Positions 8,610 to 16,006 of a stretch of DNA of 32,000 nucleotides are shown one piece after another. The stretch spans positions 150,001 to 182,000 of the forward strand of contig JBAZMW010000002.1 of assembly GCA_041649575.1 (NCBI GenBank). Reading direction: 5' to 3'. Made by a program: the position numbers and the translations under genes. Numbering within the stretch: position 1 is the stretch's first letter; every line of letters starts with the position of its first letter. Under the pieces are notes generated by a model. It was not told where the DNA came from, made no database searches, and saw nothing but the letters and a program-made list of their open reading frames with translations. Source of the DNA: Patescibacteria group bacterium (GTDB lineage: Bacteria > Patescibacteriota > Patescibacteriia > 2-01-FULL-39-33).

Positions 8610-10427
8610 ATGACCGCCAAAGAACTCAAACAAAAATATTTAGAATTTTTTGAGCGCCACGGCCACCAGATTATTCCTGGCGCCTCACTGATTCCGGAGA
8701 ACGACCCGACGGTTTTATTTACCACGGCCGGCATGCATCCGCTCGTGCCTTATCTGCTTGGCGAAAAGCATCCCGCCGGCACACGCCTGGCCGATGTCCA
8801 AAAATGCATCAGGACCGGCGACATCGACAGCGTGGGCGACGACTGGCATCTGACTTTTTTTGAAATGCTGGGCAATTGGTCGCTGGGCGACCCCAAGGAT
8901 CCCAAAGGGATCGGGGCAGGTTATTTCAAAAAAGAAGCCATTGAGATGAGTTTTGAATTTTTAACCAAAGAGTTAAATATACCTTTGGAAAAATTGGCGG
9001 TTTCTTGCTTCGCCGGCGATGATGATGCGCCAAAAGACGAAGAATCGGCGAGTGCTTGGCGTTCGCTGGGGATCAGTGACAAACGGATTGCTTTTTTGAG
9101 TAAGGAAGATAATTGGTGGCCGGCCGGTGGCAAAATGCCCGGTCCTCAAGGCCCGGACACGGAGATGTTTTATTGGAACTCGGATGAGTCGGCGCCGGAA
9201 GATTTCGACCCACAGGACAAGCGCTGGGTGGAAATCTGGAATGATGTTTTTATGCAATATAACAAGGCCGCCGACGGCAGCTACCAGCCGCTGGTGCAAC
9301 AAAATGTCGATACCGGCATGGGATTGGAGCGTACCGTTGCTATCTTAAACGGCAAAAAAAGCGTCTACGAAATCGAGCCGCTCTTAACCGTTTGTTCGCA
9401 AGTAACGGCTTTATTCGAGAGCACCCTGGAAGAACTGGAAGCCGAACAAACCAAAGCCGTCAGAATCATTGCCGATCATTTGCGCGCCGCCGTCTTTATT
9501 TTGGCCGAGAGCGTGGCGCCCTCCAACGTTGAACGTGGCTATGTCCTGCGCCGGCTGATTCGGCGCGCTATTCGCTATGGCAAGCAACTGGGCATCAAAG
9601 ACGCTTTCACTGCCAAAGTGGCCGAAGTGGTCATCGCGCAAATGGGCGGATTTTATAAGGAACTAAGAGAACAGCGAGATTTCATTATCGATGAATTAAA
9701 CAACGAAGAAGAAAAGTTTAGCGCTACTTTAGAAAACGGCTTAAAAAAGTTTGAAAAATTAAAAATTGACGAGCAAAAAAAGATCAGCGGCCAAGATGCT
9801 TTTATTCTTTTTTCCACTTATGGTTTCCCTTTGGAGATTACCAAAGACTTGGCCACCGAGCGCGGTTGGCAAGTTGACGAAGAAAATTTTAATCTAGAAT
9901 TTGCCAAGCATCAGGACATTTCCCGAAAAGGCGCCGAGCAAAAATTCAAGGGCGGTTTGGCCGATAATAGCGAAGTGACGGCCAAGATGCATACCGCCAC
10001 GCATTTGATGTTGGCGGCTTTGCGCCGGGTGTTGGGCGATCACGTTTACCAAAAAGGTGCCAACATCACCAGCGAGCGCATTCGCTTTGATTTTTCCCAT
10101 GGCGAAAAAATGACAGCAGAACAAATCAAGCAAGTGGAAGACTTGGTCAATGAACAAATTAATAAAAAGATTCCCGTGGTCTGCGAAGAAATGACGCTAG
10201 AAGAAGCCAAGGAGAGGGGAGCGATGGGAGTTTTTAAAAATAAATACGGCGAGCGGGTTAAGGTTTATACCGTCGGCGATCCCTCGGCAGGATCGGGACA
10301 GGTTTTTTCCAAAGAGATTTGCGGCGGTCCGCATGCCGCCAACACCGGTGATCTGGGCCACTTCAAAATCCAAAAAGAAGAATCCAGCTCCGCCGGAGTC
10401 AGAAGAATTAAGGCGGTTCTGGAGTGA
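8610..10427 (+). CDS. alaS: Alanine--tRNA ligase, short form (605 aa, no C-Ala/DHHA1 domain)
   Basis: The N-terminus FFERHGH...SLIP.NDPT.LFT.AGM is typical of AlaRS. The editing-domain motifs HTATHLM and CGGPH are present. The protein ends shortly after the editing domain. Confidence 0.92.
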   Translation: MTAKELKQKYLEFFERHGHQIIPGASLIPENDPTVLFTTAGMHPLVPYLLGEKHPAGTRLADVQKCIRTGDIDSVGDDWHLTFFEMLGNWSLGDPKDPKGIGAGYFKKEAIEMSFEFLTKELNIPLEKLAVSCFAGDDDAPKDEESASAWRSLGISDKRIAFLSKEDNWWPAGGKMPGPQGPDTEMFYWNSDESAPEDFDPQDKRWVEIWNDVFMQYNKAADGSYQPLVQQNVDTGMGLERTVAILNGKKSVYEIEPLLTVCSQVTALFESTLEELEAEQTKAVRIIADHLRAAVFILAESVAPSNVERGYVLRRLIRRAIRYGKQLGIKDAFTAKVAEVVIAQMGGFYKELREQRDFIIDELNNEEEKFSATLENGLKKFEKLKIDEQKKISGQDAFILFSTYGFPLEITKDLATERGWQVDEENFNLEFAKHQDISRKGAEQKFKGGLADNSEVTAKMHTATHLMLAALRRVLGDHVYQKGANITSERIRFDFSHGEKMTAEQIKQVEDLVNEQINKKIPVVCEEMTLEEAKERGAMGVFKNKYGERVKVYTVGDPSAGSGQVFSKEICGGPHAANTGDLGHFKIQKEESSSAGVRRIKAVLE

Positions 10428-10473
10428 GTTTTTGGTATAATATAGAGTTCTATAAAATAAAACATTTATTTGG

Positions 10474-10498
10474 AAAGGCAGTGTTGCCTTTTTGTTTT
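10474..10498 (+). terminator. Intrinsic terminator after alaS
   Basis: AAAGGCA / TGCCTTT stem with loop GTGT, then a T-rich run. Confidence 0.6.
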
Positions 10499-10505
10499 CA
10501 TTTCT

Positions 10506-10713
10506 GCGAGCGCATGAAAATTTAGCAACAAAACAGGCGGAGTTCGAGCGTAAATTTTAATTTGTTTGAGCAAAAGCCACCAGTAAACTGGTGGCTTTTG
10601 CGAGTTATTAAAATTAGCGAGAACAACCCTGTTTTGTCTAAATTTTCATTTAGCTCGCGCTTTTTTCTTTTGTGTCAGCTTTTCTTTTTACTAAAAAAAG
10701 AAAAGCTGACACA
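10506..10713 (-). repeat. Structured intergenic repeat, copy E1 (inverted relative to E2/E3)
   Basis: Long imperfect palindrome 10506-10660 with arms GCGAGCGCATGAAAATTTAGCAACAAAACAGG / CCCTGTTTTGTCTAAATTTTCATTTAGCTCGCGC. Its core is the perfect hairpin GCAAAAGCCACCAG-TAAA-CTGGTGGCTTTTGC. A second hairpin lies at 10671-10713. The reverse complement of 10641-10713 matches 23139-23207 with about 4 differences. Confidence 0.7.
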
Positions 10714-10738
10714 AAAAAAGAGTATATTTAATAAACTA

Positions 10739-10767
10739 TTGACAGAATTCTAATTATATGCTATTAT
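10739..10767 (+). promoter_or_regulatory. Sigma70-type promoter for island B
   Basis: TTGACA (10739-10744), 17-nt spacer, TATTAT (10762-10767). Confidence 0.55.
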
Positions 10768-10843
10768 AATAAGAAGTACCTTTTACCACTGTGAGCTGGC
10801 CGACTTAGTCGGAAAACTAAGAACGAAGAAGGAGAAACACATC

Positions 10844-11200
10844 ATGAGTCAAAAGACTGGCATACTATTGCTGCTGTTGCGGCCGAAAGACGGAGCGGCC
10901 GTCTTCTTGGACTGGACCCAGAACGCCCTCTTCATGCTGGAGAGCGCGAGTGCCACAGGCGTTTCGCCGTTGGCCGAGAGGGAAGATCTGGCCAAGTGTA
11001 TGAAGGGTTACGAGCTGTGTCCCGCGCTTGGCTACGGCCTATGCGCCAGGTGCCCTATGTCAGTCACCGGCGGTGCTCTCTGTAATTTCTGGGCTTCCCA
11101 GGGATTCGCCCGCGTGCTCGACGCGCGCACAGAAGAGGAGGCGACCTTTGCCGATCTCGATGCCATGCGCGCCGCGCTCACCGCTTCCATTACCGGCTGA
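10844..11200 (+). CDS. Hypothetical protein (118 aa), GC-rich island B, gene 1
   Basis: SD GAAGGAG 8 nt upstream of the ATG. Contains 5 Cys, including CARCP. No family recognised. Confidence 0.65.
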   Translation: MSQKTGILLLLLRPKDGAAVFLDWTQNALFMLESASATGVSPLAEREDLAKCMKGYELCPALGYGLCARCPMSVTGGALCNFWASQGFARVLDARTEEEATFADLDAMRAALTASITG

Positions 11201-11215
11201 AAGGAGAACACGGAC

Positions 11216-11593
11216 ATGCCAACGGTACAAGTGGCCGCGATAAATCTGCCGGCTGGCGCCTTCCTTTTCTTCTATCCGGAACACGCCACCCCCCAGTACC
11301 TTCTGTACAAGAATATCTGGCTGGGACAGACGATGTTCAGGCAGAAGCTAAACGAAGACGAACTTCAGGCTCTCCTCGCCGCCGGTCGAAATGGGTGGGA
11401 GGAAGTGGGCGAGGTGACTCGACGAGAGTTGCAGGCCGCGGATCTCTCTGGACTGGTTCGCAATCTCAAGACCAGGTGCGTCTGGCCCGAGAATGCGACC
11501 GCGTCAATCGCTGTCAGTCCTGACTGCAGCGGACGATGCTCGGAGTGTCGCGGGTGCTATAGCGACATGGAGCCAGTCACAGTAGAGCGATAG
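11216..11593 (+). CDS. Hypothetical Cys-rich protein (125 aa), GC-rich island B, gene 2
   Basis: SD AAGGAG 9 nt upstream of the ATG, which lies 15 nt after the gene 1 stop. C-terminal cluster C-x17-C-x3-C-x2-C-x2-C (RCVW...DCSGRCSECRGC). Confidence 0.65.
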   Translation: MPTVQVAAINLPAGAFLFFYPEHATPQYLLYKNIWLGQTMFRQKLNEDELQALLAAGRNGWEEVGEVTRRELQAADLSGLVRNLKTRCVWPENATASIAVSPDCSGRCSECRGCYSDMEPVTVER

Positions 11594-11613
11594 TCACACT
11601 GTGGTTCGTATCC

Positions 11614-11657
11614 GGGGGTTGTTGGTCGAGAAAGACCGGCAACCCTCTTTTTTTTTA
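11614..11657 (+). terminator. Intrinsic terminator ending island B
   Basis: GGGTTGTTGGTC (11616-11627) / GACCGGCAACCC (11634-11645) with G-U pairs, then TC plus T9. Confidence 0.8.
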
Positions 11658-11684
11658 TTTAAATTTTAGAATCCCATTATTTCC

Positions 11685-11752
11685 TTGACATTTTTCGGTT
11701 CTTGCTTTAAAATACTTAAAGTTGTTGACAAATTAATCAAAATTGCTATAAT
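11685..11752 (+). promoter_or_regulatory. Tandem sigma70-type promoters upstream of infA
   Basis: TTGACA (11685) - 17 nt - TAAAAT (11708), and TTGACA (11725) - 16 nt - TATAAT (11747). Confidence 0.5.
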
Positions 11753-11864
11753 TAGCTTGAGCTTAAAAGTTTCAAAATTTAGCTTAATTAGTGTAAAATT
11801 CTAGGCCGACTAGAAGCTTATAAGTTGCCAAGAATTTTATTTTTATCTAAAATATTTAAGCTGC

Positions 11865-12104
11865 ATGAATCAAAAACAAGGCAATACCCCCGATTCCAAA
11901 GATTTTTTGGAAGTCGATGGAGAAGTACTGGAGCTTTTGCCGGCCGCCAGTTTCCGGGTGAAGCTGGAAAGCGGCCCGGAAATTTTGGCCCACTTGTCAG
12001 GCAAAATGAGGATGTTTAACATCCGCATCCTGCCCGGCGATCGCGTCAAGATCCAGATGACTCCTTACGATTTGACTCGGGGCAGGATAATCTACCGTTA
12101 TTAA
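11865..12104 (+). CDS. infA: Translation initiation factor IF-1
   Basis: S1-like OB fold sequence: [12 protein letters not shown]...[17 protein letters not shown]...IRILPGDRV...[14 protein letters not shown]. Confidence 0.9.
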   Translation: MNQKQGNTPDSKDFLEVDGEVLELLPAASFRVKLESGPEILAHLSGKMRMFNIRILPGDRVKIQMTPYDLTRGRIIYRY

Positions 12105-12109
12105 AAATT

Positions 12110-12223
12110 ATGAAAGTCAGATCATCGGTAAAAAAAATCTGCAAAGATTGCAAGCTTGTCCGTCGCAAAAAACGGCTGGTTGTCATTTGCAAAAACCCTA
12201 AACATAAACAAAGACAGGGCTAG
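12110..12223 (+). CDS. rpmJ: 50S ribosomal protein L36
   Basis: Not in the ORF track because it is under 60 aa. Hand translation gives [37 protein letters not shown], a canonical zinc-ribbon L36, in the expected position between infA and rpsM. Confidence 0.9.
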   Translation: MKVRSSVKKICKDCKLVRRKKRLVVICKNPKHKQRQG

Positions 12224-12322
12224 TGGCAGATGGCTTGTGGCATATAGCAAATAGTTAAAACTAAAAAACTATAAGCTATATACTATACGCTATAAGCCAT
12301 TTGCTATACGCTAATAAATATT

Positions 12323-12715
12323 ATGGCTTTAAGAATTGCCGGTACAACTCTGCCAAACGACAAGCGCATCGAAGTGGGCTTGACTTATATTTTCGGCATC
12401 GGCCGCAATTTGGCCGTCAAGATTTTGGCCGAAGCCAAAGTCAGTCCCGATATTCGCGTCAAGAACTTGAGCGAAGAGCAAGCCAATAAGCTAAGAGTTA
12501 TTGTCGAAAAGAATTATCGGGTTGAAGGTGAATTAAAAAGAGAAATTTTGGGTAATATCAAAAGATTAAAGGAAATCAAGGCTTATCGCGGCACCCGTCA
12601 TGCCAGAGGCTTGCCGGCTCGCGGCCAACGCACCAAGACCAACAATCGCACCGTGCGGGGCAATGTCAGAAAAACCATGGGTTCGGGCAAGAAACCGTCC
12701 GCTCAGAAGACTTAA
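12323..12715 (+). CDS. rpsM: 30S ribosomal protein S13
   Basis: [27 protein letters not shown]... and [20 protein letters not shown] are canonical S13 sequences. Confidence 0.95.
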   Translation: MALRIAGTTLPNDKRIEVGLTYIFGIGRNLAVKILAEAKVSPDIRVKNLSEEQANKLRVIVEKNYRVEGELKREILGNIKRLKEIKAYRGTRHARGLPARGQRTKTNNRTVRGNVRKTMGSGKKPSAQKT

Positions 12716-12727
12716 TTTATTATCAAC

Positions 12728-13198
12728 ATGACCGAAGAAACAAATCCAATCGAAGAAGCTGCTAAGAGCGCTCCTGTGGCCGAAAAAGAAAGCGCGGCTG
12801 CTGGCAAAAAAGTTATCAAGCCCAGAGCCAAAAAAACCGTCGCTTATCGCCAGGTGAGCTCCGGCCGTGTTTATGTTAAGGCCAGCTACAACAATACCAT
12901 GGTGACTTTTACCGATCAGAACGGCAATGTCTTGTCCTGGTCTTCGGCGGGCCAATGCGGCTTTAAGGGTCCCAAAAAAGCTACGCCCTATGCCGCCACC
13001 ATTATCGTCAAAAATTGTTTTGAAAAGGTCAAAAATTACGGTTTGAAAGAAGTGGCAGTCTTTGTTAAAGGCATTGGCGGCGGCCGGGAAGCGGCCATTC
13101 GCGCCTTAAATGCCAACGGTTTGATTGTCACCGGCATTAAGGATGTCACTCCCATTCCTCACAACGGTTGCCGTCCCAAGAAACCGCGGCGCGTCTAA
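12728..13198 (+). CDS. rpsK: 30S ribosomal protein S11 (with N-terminal extension)
   Basis: YVKASYNNTMVTFTD..GN.LSWSSAG..GFKG.KK.TPYAA...PHNGCRPKK.RRV. Confidence 0.95.
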   Translation: MTEETNPIEEAAKSAPVAEKESAAAGKKVIKPRAKKTVAYRQVSSGRVYVKASYNNTMVTFTDQNGNVLSWSSAGQCGFKGPKKATPYAATIIVKNCFEKVKNYGLKEVAVFVKGIGGGREAAIRALNANGLIVTGIKDVTPIPHNGCRPKKPRRV

Positions 13199-13213
13199 TC
13201 CTATAAATTATTT

Positions 13214-13816
13214 ATGAAAAAGAGTACTCACAAAGCCTGCCGTCGTTATGGCGTTAAACTGTGCCAATCGGATAAGTGCCCGGTCATCAGACGCAATTAT
13301 CCGCCGGGCATGCATGGTCCTAAAGGCGCCAGAAAACTCACCGAATACGGCCGGCAACTGGCCGAGAAGCAAAAAGCCAAGATTGTTTATGGTTTAAGAG
13401 AGAAACAGTTTGCCAATTATTTTGACGCCGCTTTTAAGAAAGTCGGCAACACCGCCGAACTGTTGTTTAAGCTTTTGGAAAGCCGTCTGGACAACGTGGT
13501 CTATCGGTTCGGCTTTGCCAAAACCAGGACTCAAGCCAGGCAACTGGTCAGCCACGGCCACGTTGAGGTTAACGGCAAGAAAGTCGACATCCCTTCTTTT
13601 CAAACCAAAATCGGCGATGCCATTTCCCTTAGAGAAAAAACTTTGAAAACCAACGCTTTTGCCAATTTAGCCGAAGCGCTCAAAGACAAAGAAGTCATGT
13701 CCTGGCTTAGTTTAGACGCCAAGGAACTAAAGGGTAAAATAGTCGATCTGCCTAAATTAGGCGAAGTGGAAATGAATATCGACTGGCGCATGATTGTCGA
13801 ATTTTATTCCAAATAA
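13214..13816 (+). CDS. rpsD: 30S ribosomal protein S4
   Basis: CRRYGVKLC...YPPGMHG...YGRQL.EKQK...RLDNVVYR.GFA.TR.QARQLVSHGH..VNG. Confidence 0.95.
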   Translation: MKKSTHKACRRYGVKLCQSDKCPVIRRNYPPGMHGPKGARKLTEYGRQLAEKQKAKIVYGLREKQFANYFDAAFKKVGNTAELLFKLLESRLDNVVYRFGFAKTRTQARQLVSHGHVEVNGKKVDIPSFQTKIGDAISLREKTLKTNAFANLAEALKDKEVMSWLSLDAKELKGKIVDLPKLGEVEMNIDWRMIVEFYSK

Positions 13817-13874
13817 AAAGTTATTTTAAAAATATTAAAATATAAATTAATTAGCTTAAGGAGGAATAAAAATT

Positions 13875-14747
13875 ATGAAATATATTTCCTTGCCAAAGAA
13901 ATTCATTGTTGAGGAAGAGGCCAGAGGCACCAAGGCGAAGATCATCATCGAGCCCTGTTATCCCGGCTACGGCTTGACTTTGGGCAATGCCTTAAGACGG
14001 GTGATGCTGTCTTCTCTGCCGGGCGGCGCTGTCACCGCTGTTAAAATCAAGGGAGTGGGTCATGAGTTTAGCGCCATAAAAAATGTTTCCGAAGACGTTG
14101 TCGATATTATTTTGAACTTAAAGCAGTTGCGCATCAAGGTTTATGCCGATGAACCGGTGACTTTGCAGCTCAAAGCCAGGGGCGAAAAAAAGGTTACTGG
14201 CGCCGATATCGAGCCTTCTTCCGACGCCGAGGTTATTAACAAAGATTGTTTTATTGCCAGCCTCAATGATAAAGACGGCGAGCTGGAGATGGAGCTGACT
14301 GTTGCCAAGGGAGTCGGCTATGTGCCTACCGAAGAACAAGTAAAAAGCAAGGGCAAAGGCGAGATTGGTTTGATTTTGGTCGATTCTATTTTTACGCCGG
14401 TTCTTAATGTTCGTCTGAACATCGAAGCCACTCGTGTTGGTCAGCGCGTCGATTATGACAAGATTGTTTTGGAAATAGAAACAGACGGGACCATTTCCCC
14501 AGAAGAAGCGTTGCAGAAAGCCGCCGAAATCCTGGCCAATCAGTTCAGCTGGCTGATGGAAGGCGGCAGGCAGGAATTGGTCGAAGTTGATCTGGAAGCG
14601 CCGGTGGCTTTGCCGGAAAACAAAGAAGCGGAGTTATTAAAGGAAGTCGCTTCGTCAGACGGTTTGGACGAAAGCCAAGTAGCGGCCGAGACAGAAGTTG
14701 TCGAAGACAAACCCAAAAAACGAGGTCGTCCCAAGAAAGTTGAATAA
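13875..14747 (+). CDS. rpoA: DNA-directed RNA polymerase alpha subunit, NTD only, with acidic tail and terminal AT-hook
   Basis: SD AAGGAGG. The alpha-NTD sequence is present (GYGLTLGNALRRVMLSSLPGGAVTAVKI.GV.HEFS). After about residue 230 there is only low-complexity acidic sequence ending in KPKKRGRPKKVE. Confidence 0.9.
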   Translation: MKYISLPKKFIVEEEARGTKAKIIIEPCYPGYGLTLGNALRRVMLSSLPGGAVTAVKIKGVGHEFSAIKNVSEDVVDIILNLKQLRIKVYADEPVTLQLKARGEKKVTGADIEPSSDAEVINKDCFIASLNDKDGELEMELTVAKGVGYVPTEEQVKSKGKGEIGLILVDSIFTPVLNVRLNIEATRVGQRVDYDKIVLEIETDGTISPEEALQKAAEILANQFSWLMEGGRQELVEVDLEAPVALPENKEAELLKEVASSDGLDESQVAAETEVVEDKPKKRGRPKKVE

Positions 14748-14756
14748 AGCGTTTTT

Positions 14757-15107
14757 ATGAAACATCAGAAAAGAGGAAAAACTTTAGGCAGAACCAGATC
14801 GGTGCGTGAAGCGTTGATGAGAAATCTAACGACCAGTTTTATAATTTATGAAAAAATAAAAACCACCAAAGCCAAAGCCAAACTATTGAGGCCTAAAGTG
14901 GAAAAGCTGATTACTTTGTCCAAGCATGACACCCTGACCAATCGGCGACAGGCCTTAAGGGTTTTATATTTTGATAAAGCGGTCAAAAAATTGTTTGAGG
15001 TTTTGGGTCCTCGGTATCAAGAAAGAAATAGCGGCTATACCAGGATTGTCAAGTTGCCGCCGCGCAAAGGCGATGCCGCTGAAATGGCAATTTTGGAATT
15101 AGTTTAA
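14757..15107 (+). CDS. rplQ: 50S ribosomal protein L17
   Basis: MKHQKRGKTLGRTRSVREALMRNL... and GGYTRI-like NSGYTRIVKLPPRKGD. Confidence 0.95.
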   Translation: MKHQKRGKTLGRTRSVREALMRNLTTSFIIYEKIKTTKAKAKLLRPKVEKLITLSKHDTLTNRRQALRVLYFDKAVKKLFEVLGPRYQERNSGYTRIVKLPPRKGDAAEMAILELV

Positions 15108-15114
15108 TTCAAGT

Positions 15115-15471
15115 ATGAAAAAAATAGAAAGAAAAATTCATTCACTAGATGCCAGCGGCCGGCCGCTGGGCCGATTGGCCAGTCAGGTGGCGATGATTTT
15201 GATGGGCAAAAATCGGCCCGATTATCAGCCCCAATTGGATAACGGCGATATAGTAGAAGTTGTTAATTGCGATAAAATCAAGCTGACCGGTAAAAAGCTG
15301 GAGCAGAAGGAATATATCTGGCATTCTCATCATCCGGGCGGCTTAAAACGCAAGAAAGTCAAATTGGTTTTGGCGGCAGATCCGGGAGAAGTCTTGCGCC
15401 GGGCGGTAGTCGGCATGTTGCCCAAAAACCGGTTGCAACGGCCGCGGCTTAAACGCCTGAAAATAAAATAA
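15115..15471 (+). CDS. rplM: 50S ribosomal protein L13 (short, 118 aa)
   Basis: LGRLASQVAMILMGKNRPDY.P..DNGD.V.VVN..KI.LTGKK...K.Y..HS..PGGLK and GMLPKNRL. Confidence 0.9.
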   Translation: MKKIERKIHSLDASGRPLGRLASQVAMILMGKNRPDYQPQLDNGDIVEVVNCDKIKLTGKKLEQKEYIWHSHHPGGLKRKKVKLVLAADPGEVLRRAVVGMLPKNRLQRPRLKRLKIK

Positions 15472-15478
15472 TTTTATT

Positions 15479-15919
15479 ATGGAGAAAGAAAAAAAAGAGA
15501 AAATAGAAAAAGAAAAGAAGGTGGTTAAGAATAAGTATCTTTATGCCAAAGGCGCCAGAAAAACCTCGGTAGCCCAGGTGCGTTTGTATAGAAAGGGTAG
15601 CGGCAATTTTGAAGTTAATGGCAAAAAGTTTAATGAATATTTTAGAACCGAAAATCTGCAGAGAATTTTTTTGGCCGCTTTGACTGCCGTCAACCATCTG
15701 CAAGATATTGACCTTACTATCAAAACCCAGGGCGGCGGAATCACCTCGCAGTCGCAGGCTTGCCGACATGGCATTGCTCGCGCCTTGGTTGAACTGGATA
15801 AGGAATTGCGGCCGCTCTTAAGAGCCGAAGGCTTTTTGACCCGCGATCCGCGCGTCAAAGAAAGAAAGAAACCGGGCCTGAAGCGCGCCAGAAAAGCGCC
15901 GCAATGGAGCAAACGTTAA
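15479..15919 (+). CDS. rpsI: 30S ribosomal protein S9 (Lys/Glu-rich N-terminal extension)
   Basis: GARKTSVAQVRL..G.G.F.VNG... GGG.TSQ..A.RHGIARAL... RD.R.KERKK.G.K.ARK.PQWSKR. Confidence 0.95.
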   Translation: MEKEKKEKIEKEKKVVKNKYLYAKGARKTSVAQVRLYRKGSGNFEVNGKKFNEYFRTENLQRIFLAALTAVNHLQDIDLTIKTQGGGITSQSQACRHGIARALVELDKELRPLLRAEGFLTRDPRVKERKKPGLKRARKAPQWSKR

Positions 15920-15932
15920 GGGAAAATTTATC

Positions 15933-15965
15933 AGCTGGGGCCAAAATTGGCCCCAGCTTTTTTTA
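15933..15965 (+). terminator. Intrinsic terminator after rpsI
   Basis: AGCTGGGGCC (15933-15942) / GGCCCCAGCT (15949-15958), loop AAAATT, then T7. Confidence 0.85.
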
Positions 15966-16006
15966 TTATTGTTAATCTGTTAGAATTACTTTAGTTTTAA
16001 GCAGCT

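Noticed and set aside
10562-10753. ORFs lying inside the repeat elements: 10562..10753(+), 20726..20935(-), 23304..23585(-).
   Set aside because: They run through palindromic repeat sequence, are not conserved between copies, and lack SD sequences. They are likely spurious.
11028-11284. Alternative-frame and antisense ORFs in island B: 11028..11243(+), 11032..11217(-), 11060..11284(-).
   Set aside because: Same GC-rich artefact. The two retained ORFs each have an AAGGAG SD at proper spacing and tile the cassette between promoter and terminator.
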